Of a stretch of DNA of 64,000 bases, positions 26,303 to 39,851 are shown piece by piece. A program made the translations under genes and the position numbers. Source of the DNA: Eledone cirrhosa (Eukaryota). Below the pieces are notes generated by a model that was not told the origin of the DNA, made no database searches, and saw nothing but the letters and a program-made list of their open reading frames with translations. The stretch covers positions 11,284,001 to 11,348,000 of the forward strand of contig OZ024747.1 in assembly GCA_964016885.1 (NCBI GenBank). The letters run 5' to 3'. Position 1 is the stretch's first letter. Each line of letters starts with the position of its first letter.

Positions 26303-26928
26303 CTAGCAGTGGTACCCGGCGTTGCACGGGATAAGGTATTTTGGAACGCGGGCCGCCAACAGACCTAATCGTGGAAAAACTGCATGCCTGGACAATATAT
26401 AAAGAAAATAAACCGAATACTCTGATGGCTGGATAATATTTAAGATTTTCCTTGATGAAGCAGGAAAAATGCAGATTTTCACCTAATGCAGGCCCTAGGG
26501 GATCAAGAAAGCAATTTTTTTTATGTGCATAATATGCTTTGAAATTTCGGGAAAATCGGCTAGACTTAACGCCACAAAAAAGCCCTAAAAAGCTGAAAAA
26601 AAATGAAGTTTTTCACCTAATGTGGGCCCTAGGCCATAAAAAAGTAGGATTTTCTTTGCTCATGGTATGAAGAAGAGACTGGCTAATACATAGTTACAAT
26701 TTCAAGGAAATCAGTCTGACGTAACGCCTCAAAAAACCCCTAAAAAGCTGAAAAAAACGCAGGGCCCTAGGGGATCAAAAAGTTGAATTATTTTATGTGC
26801 ATAACACTCCCTGAAACATAAGTAATACACATGTAAAGTTTGAAAAAAATCGGTTGGGTACTTCTCGAGTTTTAGGGATTCAAACTCAGACACACACAGA
26901 CAGACATCGTCTGTTTTATATATATAGA
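26303..26928 (-). mobile_element. Non-autonomous Helitron
   Basis: On the minus strand it starts TC(TATATATATAAAA) and ends CTAG, with a subterminal GC hairpin CCCGTGC-AAC-GCCGGG. It is inserted between A and T with no TSD and has internal tandem duplications. Confidence 0.85.
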
Positions 26929-27371
26929 TATATTGTTGTTATGTCTATGAAGTGGTGTGTATATGATATATATAGTTGTTATGTCTATGTAATGGTGTAT
27001 ATATAATATATATAGTGGTTATGTCTATGTAGTGGTGTGTATATGATATATATAGTTGTTATGTACAAGGAAGTGAAGTTAGTAGGTCAATGCTCTGATC
27101 CAGGGCACACACACTGCAGACTGTTTACATAAATAATATAATACGTAGAAGCAGCAAAGATCAACATACGTCCCATAAATATCAAATGTTACTTTTCATG
27201 ACAAATGTCCATTACATAAATCTTTCTCAATTCAGCCAACATTTCTCTGTAGTTATCCAGCCATAATTTTCTTTAACTGTACCGCTTCATCCTTTCCTTG
27301 CCATATTTCTAATAAAAGACTGCCTATAAACCTACATAGGTGAGAGTTATAAATTTCCTTTTCCTTTTCAG

Positions 27372-27580
27372 TTAAACCCTTCAGCATCAATAATTTAAAC
27401 TGGCCATATCCGGCCAGAATTTTCTCACCTCTTTCTGTTCAAACCGGCTACTCATACTGACATTAAGGTATTGTTCTCAAAATGAATAACATCATCATCA
27501 AAATCTCGTAGATTCCATATTATGTGAGATAAAGCCTTTACCATGAAAATATAATAGTAATGTAAATGCTAAAGGGTTAA
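27372..27580. mobile_element. TTAA/CCCT-ended MITE (piggyBac-like)
   Basis: Ends ttaaacccttcagcat / atgctaaagggttaa. A second copy lies in opposite orientation at about 40361-40590. Confidence 0.6.
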
Positions 27581-28479
27581 ACCCTACACTCAACCAAAGC
27601 CCTGTATTCTCAAAGGTGCCACCAGGCCAAGTCAAGCCAAGGTTTGTAAATTTAATTTGAATGTAAACTAGAACATACCTCATTCAATCTGTTTACAAAT
27701 TACTAATGTTACTGTTATTGTTTTACATTGATCTGATGTAAACCATGCTAGAAACTTTGACCTCCATACAATTAAGATCAACTATACAACCACACTTTTA
27801 ACAGAAACAATATACTTAACAAGATTGTCCTTTTGAACACTACGTTGGTCAGCTTAACAGTGAAACATTTAGGATGGATGAATAGTTGTAGGTGACACAA
27901 CTAAAAGCCCACATTCTAAAGTGGTCATATAGGTGTCATGACTAAAAGCACCCAGTCCACACTGTAAAGTGGTCATGTAGAGGTCACAACAAAAAGCACC
28001 CAGCCCACACTGTAAAGTGGTGTCATGACTAAAAGCACCCAGCCCACACTGTAAAGTGGTCGTATAGGTGTCATAACTAAAAGCGCCCAGTTCACACTGT
28101 AAAGTGGTTGTGTAGGTAACACCACAAAAGGATCATCCAACCCATACAAGCATGGAAAAGCTGATGTAAAAACGATGATGATGACAATGATACAGAAACA
28201 CACACACATATATATATCCCCACCACAAATACACACACACATTTATATATACATACATACATATATATATGCAGATATGCATACATATCATGATCATCAT
28301 TTAACGTCCAATTTTTCTATGCTAGCATGGGTTAATATTTGTATGTATATGCATATTCATCTATAGTAAGGGATGCATATGGAATTACGAGTTATCTCCT
28401 TCAAAATATAACCCTTGGGAAATCACGTAGTGGTTCCTGTTTTTTCCATTGATTGTATCAGTATCGAAAGTCATTTTCT

Positions 28480-29263
28480 GTGAGTGTCCTTAGTTCACGT
28501 GTGCTTTCTTCAGACAAGGAAAATGTTTTATGTGCAACTCCTCACTTTGCCATTTTGTCTCTGGATTGTACTTGAACACCCATGATTCATCTCCTGTTAT
28601 TACTCTATCCAAGAAATTTGGCTCAATTTCAAGTCTTTCTAGTAAATCCTGACAAATTTCCAACCGGTTCGCTTTTTGCGCCATAGACAAGTGTCTGGAC
28701 ACTAGTTTTGCACAAATTTTACGCATGTGAAAATGTCTGTTAAAATTCTTTGAACTGCATTTTTATCCAAGCCTGCTTCTTCTGCAATCATCCTAACACT
28801 TAATCAGTAATGTTTTGCCATCACCGCTTGCACCACTTTCACCTTTTGTTCATTTGTTGACAAGATTAGCCTTCCACAATGAGGTTCATCTTCAATATTT
28901 TCTCAACACCCTTTGAAAGTTTTGTGCCACTTAAAAAGCTTACTCCTCAATAGAATGGCATCCCCATATGATTGTATTAAAGAATTAAATGTTTCAGTCG
29001 TAGATTTGTTGAGTTTCACTCAATATTTGAAGGGGTACGATGATTGTTTGATATTTTCCTGTATCACAAATGTAACAGAGCTTACCAAGCCTGTACATAA
29101 ACAGCAAAAACTAATGGCTGACACAATCGATTATGTTGAAACAAATATATACTTGTAGCCAAGGTCATAACCAACACACCTATATATACATCTCAACGAG
29201 GTGCTGCATCATCATGTCGTACATAGGAAAATCAGTACTCTTACTTTTGGGGCAAACCTCTTA
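28480..29263 (-). pseudogene. Truncated Tc1/mariner transposon (5' TIR plus N-terminal half of the transposase)
   Basis: MRKICAKLVSRHL..FLDRVITGDESWVFKYNPETKWQSEE carries a WVP-like motif, the first catalytic Asp (TGDE) and YxPETK. TIR-like end at about 29225-29263; stops and 3' truncation. Confidence 0.88.
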
Positions 29264-29299
29264 TATAATCATATAAACGTGTACATATTTTATATATAT

Positions 29300-29700
29300 A
29301 TATATATACACATATATATGTACATCATCTTCTTTGCACACTTGTTCCTTAGAGAGTCGTTGGGGCAGTCCCCAAATTGATCCTGCTGGATCCCCAAGCA
29401 ATACCAGCCAAGCTCATGGATGTTATCCAACCATCTTGCTCGGGGTGTACCCATGGGTCTCCTGTCGGTTACTTTTGCTCGTAAAATCTGTCCAGGGATT
29501 CTTTTCTGAGACATTCAAGCCACATGCCCATAGTATCGGAGCTGTGATCTCTCAATTCGGAGAAATAGCGGCTCTACCTGGAGTGACTCTCTGATCTCCC
29601 AGCTATACACCCTTTCAAATAACATTACTCTAAAGACCCTTCGGAGGAACTCCATTTCGGCCGCTTGTATTCGTTATCATATTCTTTCGGTCATTACATC
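29300..29700 (-). mobile_element. RTE-clade LINE 3' fragment
   Basis: IQAAEMEFLRR...ERSQLRYYGHVA*M...RRPMGTPRARW, the typical RTE C-terminal motifs. Confidence 0.85.
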
Positions 29701-29712
29701 TCTCTCTCTCTC

Positions 29713-29759
<47 letters not shown>

Positions 29760-30533
29760 TCGAGCTCCGACAGAAATTTACATTTACATTCTTTATATAT
29801 ATATATATATATATTTCCGAAGGTGTTGATTACGATTATGTTGATAAATTTTGTTTTTAAATTGTCATCTTCATTCCCGGAAATTACCGGAAGTTGTCTG
29901 TGATTTTAAAACGAAAGATTAACCAATCTACTCTAAACATCTTGTTGACAGTAGTAAATTGTTGAAATAGCAACCTTAAGGGTGAAATTCAAACCAAGCA
30001 GGTGCTATAAATGGTACCCAAAATCGGGGATCGGTTTAAATGATAAAATTAATGAGAAAATGATCCCCGTTTTGTATGTCACAAGTTCGTGCTTTCACTG
30101 CACAGCAGTTGCAATATAATTGTGCAATAGACTCAAGTTAATGAACATAAAAAATAATATCTGTTGAAAGAGAGCGAGAGTAGTATTTTATACGTAACTA
30201 AACCACACAACACCATCACATACAGCATTATCTGCGCGCCTATAAAATATGGAATGGGTTTTGTGTTTCTTGTTTCGTTAGATTATTTTTTTTCTTCTTT
30301 AATCTTCTAAATGTCAGCTTTCCTATTTTCATGCAGACGTTCAGAAGTGTCTATGATGAAGTTAGATAATATATCAGTGTTTAAAAATGGGATCGATTAA
30401 ATAATTAAATATTCTTTCACCTCGGGGACATTATTCATATATACCGAAGGTCGATGAGAACGAAAATGGGAAAAATATACAAAAAAAATAATAATTTATT
30501 ATCACTACTCCGGTCGGTATCTGGTTGTGTCTA

Positions 30534-30579
<46 letters not shown>

Positions 30580-30634
30580 AGAAACAGTGGTTTCGACTTA
30601 TGGATAAATAAATATATATATACACACACATGTA

Positions 30635-30756
<122 letters not shown>

Positions 30757-30899
30757 CGCGCGCACACACGCTTGATCGGATGCTGAGAATATCTAATGTA
30801 ATTTGTCAGTTCCCAAAACAGGATATGAATTGACTGAGAGATCTGGGGACAATCTACATTTGAAATATATTTTCGACTCTCATTGATCACTTCGATCAA

Positions 30900-31500
30900 T
30901 AACTCAATGTGTCGCCCACTTTCTGCGAGTGCCAGTTTGTCTGTACATTGGTCTGATGCTTGTGGGTGGCCAACATCGGTGGACTACTGAGACCGGTTGA
31001 GCTCCGTATCTCCATCGCTGTCGGAGGGGAATTGGTAAACCTCTTGATTCTGAAGGTCTTCAAAGATTGTCTTGCATGTCATTTCGCTCCTTACACAGAA
31101 TCAAACCTATTCATAAAGTTGACCCTAGTCAAAATAAATGTCCCCCTCAATTCTAGAGCCAGTTGAATTACCCAGAATTAATTGTAGAGGTCTCATTTGG
31201 GACATCACTGTTAGCGACTCTTTCGCCCCTTCTCACATCCTCACACACACTGTATCTCTAACTGAACGGAATATATTACTGAAATACTACGAATTATCGG
31301 TAAACTGAGGGTTTTCTTCTTCAGTCTGTGATATTCGAGACGTTGGGGAGGGCGAGCTGGGCCACAACGAAGTTCTTGTCATTGTTGGCGGGTCGCCTAA
31401 CTGAAATATCAGGTGATGTTTATGATGAGGGTGCTTGGTTGTTCCATTGCCTTAGACTCGCTATCATTGGCAATAATTACCGTGTTTTGGGGCTGCTTGA
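30900..31500 (+). mobile_element. CRE-clade non-LTR retrotransposon 3' fragment (restriction-like endonuclease)
   Basis: GGLLRPVELRISIA, WDITVSDSFAPSH (from about 31198) and FETLG..FLSLLAGRLTEISGD..EGAWLFHCLRLAI; degraded. Confidence 0.75.
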
Positions 31501-31909
31501 ATTTTGCAGTCCTAAATATTGTTCTGTGTGCGTGTGTATAACTATATATATATATAGTTATACACACGCACACACATATATATACACACACACACACACA
31601 CGATACTTTCAGTCTACTGTCCCGCAACCGTCACCTCAAGTTTATGTAATAATCAGAAGGGAGTATTTAAAAAAAAAATACAACTAAAAACCCTTCCTGG
31701 CAAACATGATGGTGACGAAACGTCAAACTGAATAATTATGAAAAATAATGGTGGTTGTATGTGTGAGGTAGTCGATGATACATTTATTTATGTAACAGTC
31801 AGTCGATATGTACATGTAATAAAGATATAGTGAGTAGCTAGACCACAATGTAGTCGGACATTTTTCTTAGTGAAATAATAGAATGTTAATAAGGTTAATA
31901 GAAGTACAG

Positions 31910-32220
31910 GGTTCTGAGAGACTCAGGTCATATTCCTCCCTCGTAATCCCAACTTTCCTCAATTCCTGATATATTAATTGTTCTCAGAGACCCATGTTAT
32001 ATTCCTCCTCCCCTTGTAACCTAAGTTTTAATGCTTCTCAGAACACAGATCATAGTCCTCCCTCGTAATCCCAGCTTCCCTCAATTCCTGATATATTAAT
32101 GGTTCTCAGAGACCCAGGTCACATTTCTCCCATGTAATTCCAGCTTCCCTCAATTCTTTATATATTAATGGTTCTCAAAGACCCAGGTCATATTCGTCCA
32201 TTTCTAACTCCAACTTTCAA
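31910..32220. repeat. Degenerate tandem repeat of about 55-70 bp (gttctcagagacccaggtcatattcctccc...)
   Basis: About 5 related units. Confidence 0.8.
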
Positions 32221-32377
32221 CAATTCCTCCCCTATTTTTAGTTGTCATCTAGTAATATTTCACCCAAAACTCATTTTACATGAGCGAGCTTTTCAAACCT
32301 AAATAATTGAAAGTCCTAAAGTACGAAGCAACATTTTTTAAAATCAACTTCCTAATCGGGTATACAGGTATTTCATT

Positions 32378-32421
<44 letters not shown>

Positions 32422-32476
32422 GATAGTTGGTATATAATTATATATATATATATTATACATACATATACGATAGTTG

Positions 32477-32514
<38 letters not shown>

Positions 32515-32801
32515 TAAAGATTGGTATTTCACTTAATATATAAATATATATAATGTACAACATAGTTGGATATATTGATATTTCATTTGATATATATATA
32601 TATATATATATATACATATCTGTATGTGGTTGACGGCTGAGAAAAAAAGAGTACTCAATACCGGAGTAGTTTTAATATTCATTTTGTGTGATGTCCCTGT
32701 GATAAACAGGCGAAACTCCAGAATAACAAGACTCACTATTTAGCCTTAATAAAATGAATATATATATATATACACTATGTTTGGGTATATTCTATTTCAC
32801 T

Positions 32802-32866
<65 letters not shown>

Positions 32867-33622
32867 CGATCTACACTATAGTTGCGTATAATGGTATATT
32901 ATATATATATATATATATAATATATATATATATATAAACGAAAGGTATAGAAAACATTGTAGCAAAAAGCCAACAGTATTATATAATATATAATATATAT
33001 ATATATACACACTATGTTTGGGTATATTCTATTTCATTTGATATATACATACATACGATCTACACTATAGTTGCGTATAATGGTATTATATATATATACA
33101 CTATTCTTTCTGTTAGATTACCTCCTCAATTGCCCCCCCACCCATGACTAAAATTCTTCCCCTGGGGGTCTAAGTGTCCCCTGTTTAAGACTTACTGTTT
33201 TAAAACATGTTGACAGTGAGAAAGAACAATCACTAGAGAACAGAAAGGAAAGAATACAAAGTCGGATTTGTCAAGTTGTCTGTCGTCAAGGGTTAAAAGG
33301 AAACATTTGAATCTAACAACTACAAAACCAGTCAATTACTTTTTTAAAACCCAGTTTCACTTTTATCGATGATTTATTGAGTGGCGATAAACACAGGCAG
33401 AGTTTTATCTAAAATAACCAAAAATATAAATTATAATCTTTGCAACAGGAGCGAAATCGAATAATTGGGGGATCGATTTTATAGAGGCTATACGTTAAAA
33501 TATAACCCCTCACTTTATAACCAGTCTAACTAGAAAGACAGACAGAATCGACCAATTACAAATATTATAAGAAAACTAAAAAAAATAATAATCTTACAGT
33601 AACCCCAAAAAAAGATTCTTAC

Positions 33623-33800
33623 CTGATGTAAAGGACTCGGAAATGTGAATCTGTGAGCAGGTAGCCCCGAAATAAAAAGATATATATAAAGAGAGACGAA
33701 GTTACAAGTCAGGCTCGTACAGCTTCGCCTGTTTTTGCAGAATTCTGTCTGCAAACATGGAAGGTCGCTGAGGCGACTCCGGGTTAGGCTAAACATTCAG
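33623..33800 (-). other. Putative first (leader) exon of the KIAA0232-like gene
   Basis: Consensus donor CAG|gtaaga at 33623/33622 in locally CpG-richer unique sequence. The 5' end is unknown. Confidence 0.45.
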
Positions 33801-34834
33801 AGAAAAATATAATATATTATTAATAACATCAATCTCGTTGATAATTCAGGATTTTTTTTTAAATATACAAATAAATTTTTATAAATTTTAGTTTACGTAA
33901 AAATTCCTTTAAAAAAAATTAATAGAAGTGCGTAGCGCAGAAACTTCCTTTTCTTTTAGTTACCAATTTTATTGGTTCCGTGTTGAAATCTCACCAGTTG
34001 TTCACTTTAGTTTACAGGCTTTCAGGAATACTAAAATACTTAGTAATTACATATTGATATCAATTCTATTGATTATATATCATGCATACGAAAAAGAAAA
34101 AAATAATAATAATGGTTTGTAAATTAGGCACAAAGCCAGCAATTTTGGGGTGTAGTCGACCTCGGAAAGATGTTTTTAGACTAACCTTAAGTTCGTTTAA
34201 TATAATCAGATCATTAGTCAATTTATAGTATTATTTTGCATCAAAATATAACGAATATAACATTGTATTTTAAAATATCTTGTTTATTTTAAAAGGATAT
34301 GGGAAGGAGGTGGGTAGTGTTAAATATATCCTAAGTTTATTGAGCACCTGTAAATCATTTGTCAAACTTTTTATAAGGTTTCAGATTTCTTCCAGATATT
34401 CCATAAGATTTAACGTTTGTTTTTAATATTTTTAAGCTAATTCTCTTGGGTCCCAAATAATACGGGGCTGGAAAATTGTTTTCGAGGTTGTCTCCCTTGA
34501 CTTTTTAAAAACCAGAATTACTTATTTAGTTTACATTTTGAGGCCCCCCAACCTATCCTATTTATTTTATAATGTATGGAATTTCTAGTAATGTACTTTT
34601 TTTGTCATATATAATGTTTTTTAATGTCTAAAGAAAATGAATTATCACAGGAATGCTCCACTTAAAATAAAAGTTTCACCAGGGATAGATTAGCAAAATT
34701 TAATAGACGGGAGGAGTTGGGTAAAAATCTGAAAAATGAATAAGCGTGTGGGACGATTATTCAAGACCCGAGAGTAGTTGATCATTTAGCAATTTCTTTT
34801 TACTACTTACTTTGATGATAAATTTTGTTCCACC

Positions 34835-35020
34835 TGTATCCCAGATTGCTGGAAAGAGGAGACAAGGAAGACAAAGAACAATATTTATAGACAGCCTGAA
34901 CAAATACGTCAACAAAATTAGGACAAGAAAGAACGACCTCATCCAGAACTCTGACAACAGGAAAAACTGAGAAGGACTGGAGAGCCACGATCGTCAATGT
35001 CTGGAACATACCTGACATTT
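34835..35020 (+). mobile_element. RTE LINE extreme 3' end
   Basis: IAGKRRQGRQRTIFIDSLNKY motif. Confidence 0.65.
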
Positions 35021-38000
35021 AATGATGTCTCAAGCCAGAAGGCTTGTTAGGCCAGTGCTTATCCTGGTTTCATAGAGTGAAGTGACTGAGAGACAAGGCT
35101 CCCCCCTGGACAGGGCACCAGTGCATCGCAGGGTTAAACCTCCAGCTATTGCTGCTGGTACTCATTCTCAGCTGAGTGTACTGGAGCAATGTGGAATGAA
35201 GTGTTTTGCTAAAGAACACAACCCAGTCCAGGAATCAAACCCACAGAGTCCACCACCCTTACCACCACCCTACCCTACTTTAATATAATACACATATATA
35301 TATATATATATAGTATTAATGGGGAGGGGGTAATAAAAGAAGAAAAGGGGTTAAAAAGATCTGCCTGCTCAAATCACCACAACGGGGTGCTGGAGTTTCC
35401 ATCAAATAATTTTTTAGACAAGCCAACATACTTGCAACATTGATGTGGGTGATGTCACTTTAAAATGTCAATGTAGCATGGTCAAATAGTTAAGGGGTTT
35501 GCTTCGAAATCATTAGGTACTGGGTTCAATCTCTGGGTGTGGTCATCTTGGACAGGTGTCATATAGCTTAGCCTTAGTGTGGTCATGTTGGACAAGTGCT
35601 TTATTTTATCGGCCCTGTAAGGGTGTAAAGCAAAGCTAACCTCAGCAGGATTTGAACTCAGAACGTATCTCTGCCACAAAGCATATTGTCCAATGCTCTA
35701 CCGATTCTGCCAATCCACCACCCTAATAATAACAATAATAAAAGACATGTATACTCTCTCAATTACAGACTACAACTGGGAATGTTAGTGTCTTCTAAAC
35801 ATTTTTTAAGTGGGCCAAGACACAACATTACTGTAGATGATAGCAAGACTGAGGAGTTAGAATAGTCAAATACTCTCACCAAGAACACTTCTTGAGACTA
35901 AGGTTCTTACATAAAATTATAATAGAATGTTTCTCTGAATTGAGAGATCACAGCTCTGATACTATGGTCATGTGGTTTGAATGTCTCAGGAAAAAATCTC
36001 TGGACAGATTTTATGGCTAAAATCGACAGGAGATCTAGGGGTAGACTCTGAGCAAGATGGTTGAATAACATCCATGAGTTTGGCTGGTCTTACTTGAAGA
36101 TCCAGCCAGATCAATTGATCCTCTAATATTGAATCGATCCAGTTCCTAAACTGTTTTGATACCAAACTGTCTGAGGCTGACTCTGGCTCTATATCATATA
36201 AAGTGAGCATTCCAAACATCAACTTGATAATGAGGAAGTTAGTTGTTATTAAATCCCTCAAAATTCTTGATTATTTTCAAAATTATTTGAAAACTAAAGT
36301 GTCTTTCATTAGAAATTATGGTAACAAAAGGGTTAAAGAGTTTATTTTGTGTAATTTTATGTCAGAACTATTGTTAAGTTCCTAACACCAGCTCGGTATT
36401 GAGAATGTTAACTGTATTACTAAATCCCTCGAAAGTGGTTGACTTAAGAAGCATTGGGAAAATTTTAAATGCGTGAGACCCAACGTAAAAAAAACAAAAT
36501 AATAGATGATCGCTATAAATAATGATTGAGAAATCAGGTAAAGTACTCCTGGAGACAGACAGAAAAATGTAATGAAAGGCACCTGCAAGAAATCAAACCC
36601 CACACCTCACAGATACTGGACAGGTACATTAACCACTTCACTAAAGTAGTGTGGGCCACCAGTTCCACCTCAGTACATTTCAAATTCTAAAAAATGTGAT
36701 AGTTTTCATACACCTTGGTTACGCTCTGTTTTGTATAGATGTGTAACTCCCGAGGAATTTATAAGGGTGCCACAGTAATATTTCTTGGTCATTCCAAAAT
36801 TTACTGCTGTAGCATGTATCTATGGAACTGTAACTCTTGATGAAGTCATAGGGGTGTTCTAATGACATACATCATGTCTTGGGCATTTTAAACCATAGCA
36901 GTTTATCCTCTCTCCAGGTCTGAACACAGCTGATTTTTTTCCAGAGTTAGAGTGCGTGAGTGAGAAAAAATGAGAAAGATATAAAGGTACTTTCTTTTAT
37001 TAACCATGAAAAGAATGAAAGGCAAAGATGGTCTTAGCAGGATTTGAACTGAGAACTGGATTGAATGCTATAAATCATTTTGTCGAAAGTTCTAACAATA
37101 TAGTGTATATATTATAGTGTTTATACAAAAACAACATCACATGGAAACTATCAGTATAGCCATATTACTGTTTCATTATAAGATACACCAAGTATTGGCA
37201 GAGTCATTTGAGCATTGGGCAAAATGCTTTATAGCATTTAGTTAAGCCAGTGAGATCACATTTTTCTTTCGTCCTTCCATGGTTGATAAAATAAAGTACC
37301 AATAAAATGCTGGGTCGATTTCATTACCTACCCTTTCCTCCAATATTGCTGGCCTTGTTCCAAACCCTAGTATATAACTGGTAGTCCATCATTATCACTT
37401 TGAAATCAATGTTATCATTGTAGAACTAATTGTATCACACAGTTACCTGTATAAGGACACCATACATAGACAGAAGGCCTGACCAGCTGTCTCTGGTGTC
37501 CAATTTACAATGAGATGTCCACATAGGTACATACATGCCCTCTTAGCAGTCAGCTATCGCTGTGAGTCCACTTAACAATGAGATGTTCATATGTCTGCTT
37601 AGCAGTCAGATGTCCACACATTTCCTCATATGTCCACTCACAATGTATTTTATGCGTCACCCCTCATCGCTATTTCATCTAGAATGGTGAAGTCAGTCTT
37701 CTATTCATGGTGGTTAGAAAACAAAAACATTGGCTTGCCTCAAAATTTTCCAGTGATCCTTGTGTATGACTGATTGTCGTACTTGGGGGTGAATTCATGG
37801 TTGTTGTTTTGTTTTTTCTCACTTTGGTCATATTTTCTTTTGTGCATTATATTTGTGAGGTTCCTAGCAATAATTAATCGTATTTTTTATGTGTTTATAT
37901 TTTCATACTGTAAGATTTATAAACAATTTGTAATGTTGATACAACTGTAAATAATAAAAGCTTGAATATCCACAGTTGTCTCCCTTACTTACAGGAATAA

Positions 38001-38394
38001 TTCTTTCTAATTTAATCACAGCCAGAAATTTTACGAAATGGAAAAGTCGATTATATCCGCCCTAATACTTAACTGGTACTTTATTCTATCGATGCCGGAA
38101 GGATGAAAATCGAAGTTGAGCTCGGCGGGATTTAAACTTAACACTTGGCCAGACGTCCTAATAATTCTACGAATTAAAACAATATTACAATCCTTGGTTC
38201 TCTTCAGGTAAAAACAGAATTGTGATGGGAGGTTTTAGATAAATATATGCACTTCAAAACAAATAGTTTCATATCATTGAACGGAGGCGGCTTCATGTGA
38301 TTTGATATCAAAACGATTAAGTTTATCACTCAAGAAAAGATACGCTTACTCTTTGTCACCAAAATTTCACACAAACTCACATCAATATACTCGG

Positions 38395-38660
38395 CGTTAA
38401 CCAGACATCGTCGGCTGAACGGCCGTGGGTCACAAGCGAAATATTAGTTGTTATCCGATAGATTTGTTGTAAAACCTATAGCAGTGGAAACATCTGGCGT
38501 CTTGTGGGGGAGGGGCTTGAATACCTTCCTACTCACTTTGACCGGTATTAAGGTGGTTATCTTCAAGAATCAGCACCATGAGATGGACTGACCTTTTCAG
38601 TGCATCGCCCTCACTATCGTCCGGGCTAAGATATTCGCCATTGTGTCTGCTGGGAACATG
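38395..38660 (+). mobile_element. Second CRE-clade endonuclease fragment
   Basis: LSDRFVVKPIAVETSGV...FQCIALTIVRA, frameshifted. Confidence 0.65.
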
Positions 38661-39405
38661 ATACGTGAAGATTTAATTTTAATTTTTGTATTTATATAAT
38701 GTACGACTTTCTACTCTCTGAGTTCAAAACCCGCTGAGGTCAACTTTGCCTTTCATCGATTCGAAGTCGAGAAAAAAGTACCAGTCAAGTACTTAACTGC
38801 TTCAAAATGTTCCGCTGACCCTTGTGGTATGGTATGGTGTGGTGTGACTGATTGTCGCACTTGGTGTATTGATTTTGTTTTATTTTCATTCGCTTTGACC
38901 ATAAATGTTGGTGCGTTACAATTGTGAGGTTCCGAGCAATAATTAATTGTATTTATTATGTGCTTATATTTTCATTCTATATGAACTATAAACAATTTGT
39001 AATGTTGTTTCGATGTACAATATCTTATAATGCTTTGCCATCTATGTATAAATAAATGTTTACTTAACTGGCACTTTATTTTATCCACCGCGGAAGGATG
39101 AAAAGTAGAATTGACTTGGGTGGAATTTGAACTCAGGTTGTAAAGAATGAGAACAAATCCATCAAAACATTCTCCACTCCCAGCAGCAAAAACACATTAG
39201 TGCTGTGTAAAGGGAATTAACTCAGTAAAACATGCAAGATTATTTCCCTTCAATCACGTATCAAACAATGAAATGAAATTTGTTGTTTAACGAAAGATTC
39301 AGCGTAAACTCCATGTTGAAAATTAACATTTTTTTACCATCTCTAAAGGTGAATACTCTATTTTATAACTTATTTTATAGCAACTGACTGTACTTATGCT
39401 TACTC

Positions 39406-39476
<71 letters not shown>

Positions 39477-39494
39477 CTTCTTGTTGTTTGAATT

Positions 39495-39532
39495 GCCCTG
39501 ATGAGTCCTTAATAGGACGAAACATTGTCGGC
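39495..39532 (+). ncRNA. Minimal type-I hammerhead ribozyme (canonical core)
   Basis: GCC CTGATGA GTCCT-taat-AGGAC GAAAC att GTC GGC: all core nucleotides present, three stems, GUC cleavage triplet (39527-39529). Confidence 0.85.
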
Positions 39533-39797
39533 TAATAAAGACTTTTGATGTATTGAAGGCTGCTTTGTTTTACTCTCTTAATTTTTCGGCTCTGTTTAAC
39601 TACATTGAGCTATACCTTTTACTGTCATTTCTATAATACGAAGAGGGTGTTTACTCCAACACGCTCCAGTATTTTAACCTTTATATATATATATATGTAA
39701 TAAACAACATAAGATGATTATTTCATTTGCCAGTGGTTTCTTGAAAGCAAATAAATCTGCTTTCAGTCGTCAGAATGAAAAAATCCTGGTGTTTTTA

Positions 39798-39851
39798 CAT
39801 TCTGACGACTGAAAGCAGATTTATTTGCTTTCAAGAAACCACTAGTAAATG
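39798..39851 (+). ncRNA. Type-I hammerhead motif inside a fold-back palindrome
   Basis: CATT CTGACGA cTGAAAGCAGAT-tt-ATTTGCTTTCAa GAAAC cacta GTA AATG; C-A mismatch at the base of stem II. The mirror copy on the minus strand (39724-39777) has a GCA triplet. Confidence 0.65.

Larger units (their letters stand above)
24715..27060. repeat. About 31-36-bp minisatellite (gtggtgtatatattgttgttatgtctatgta) interrupted by two insertions
   Basis: Array at 24715-26050 that resumes at about 26245-26300 and 26930-27060. Confidence 0.92.
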
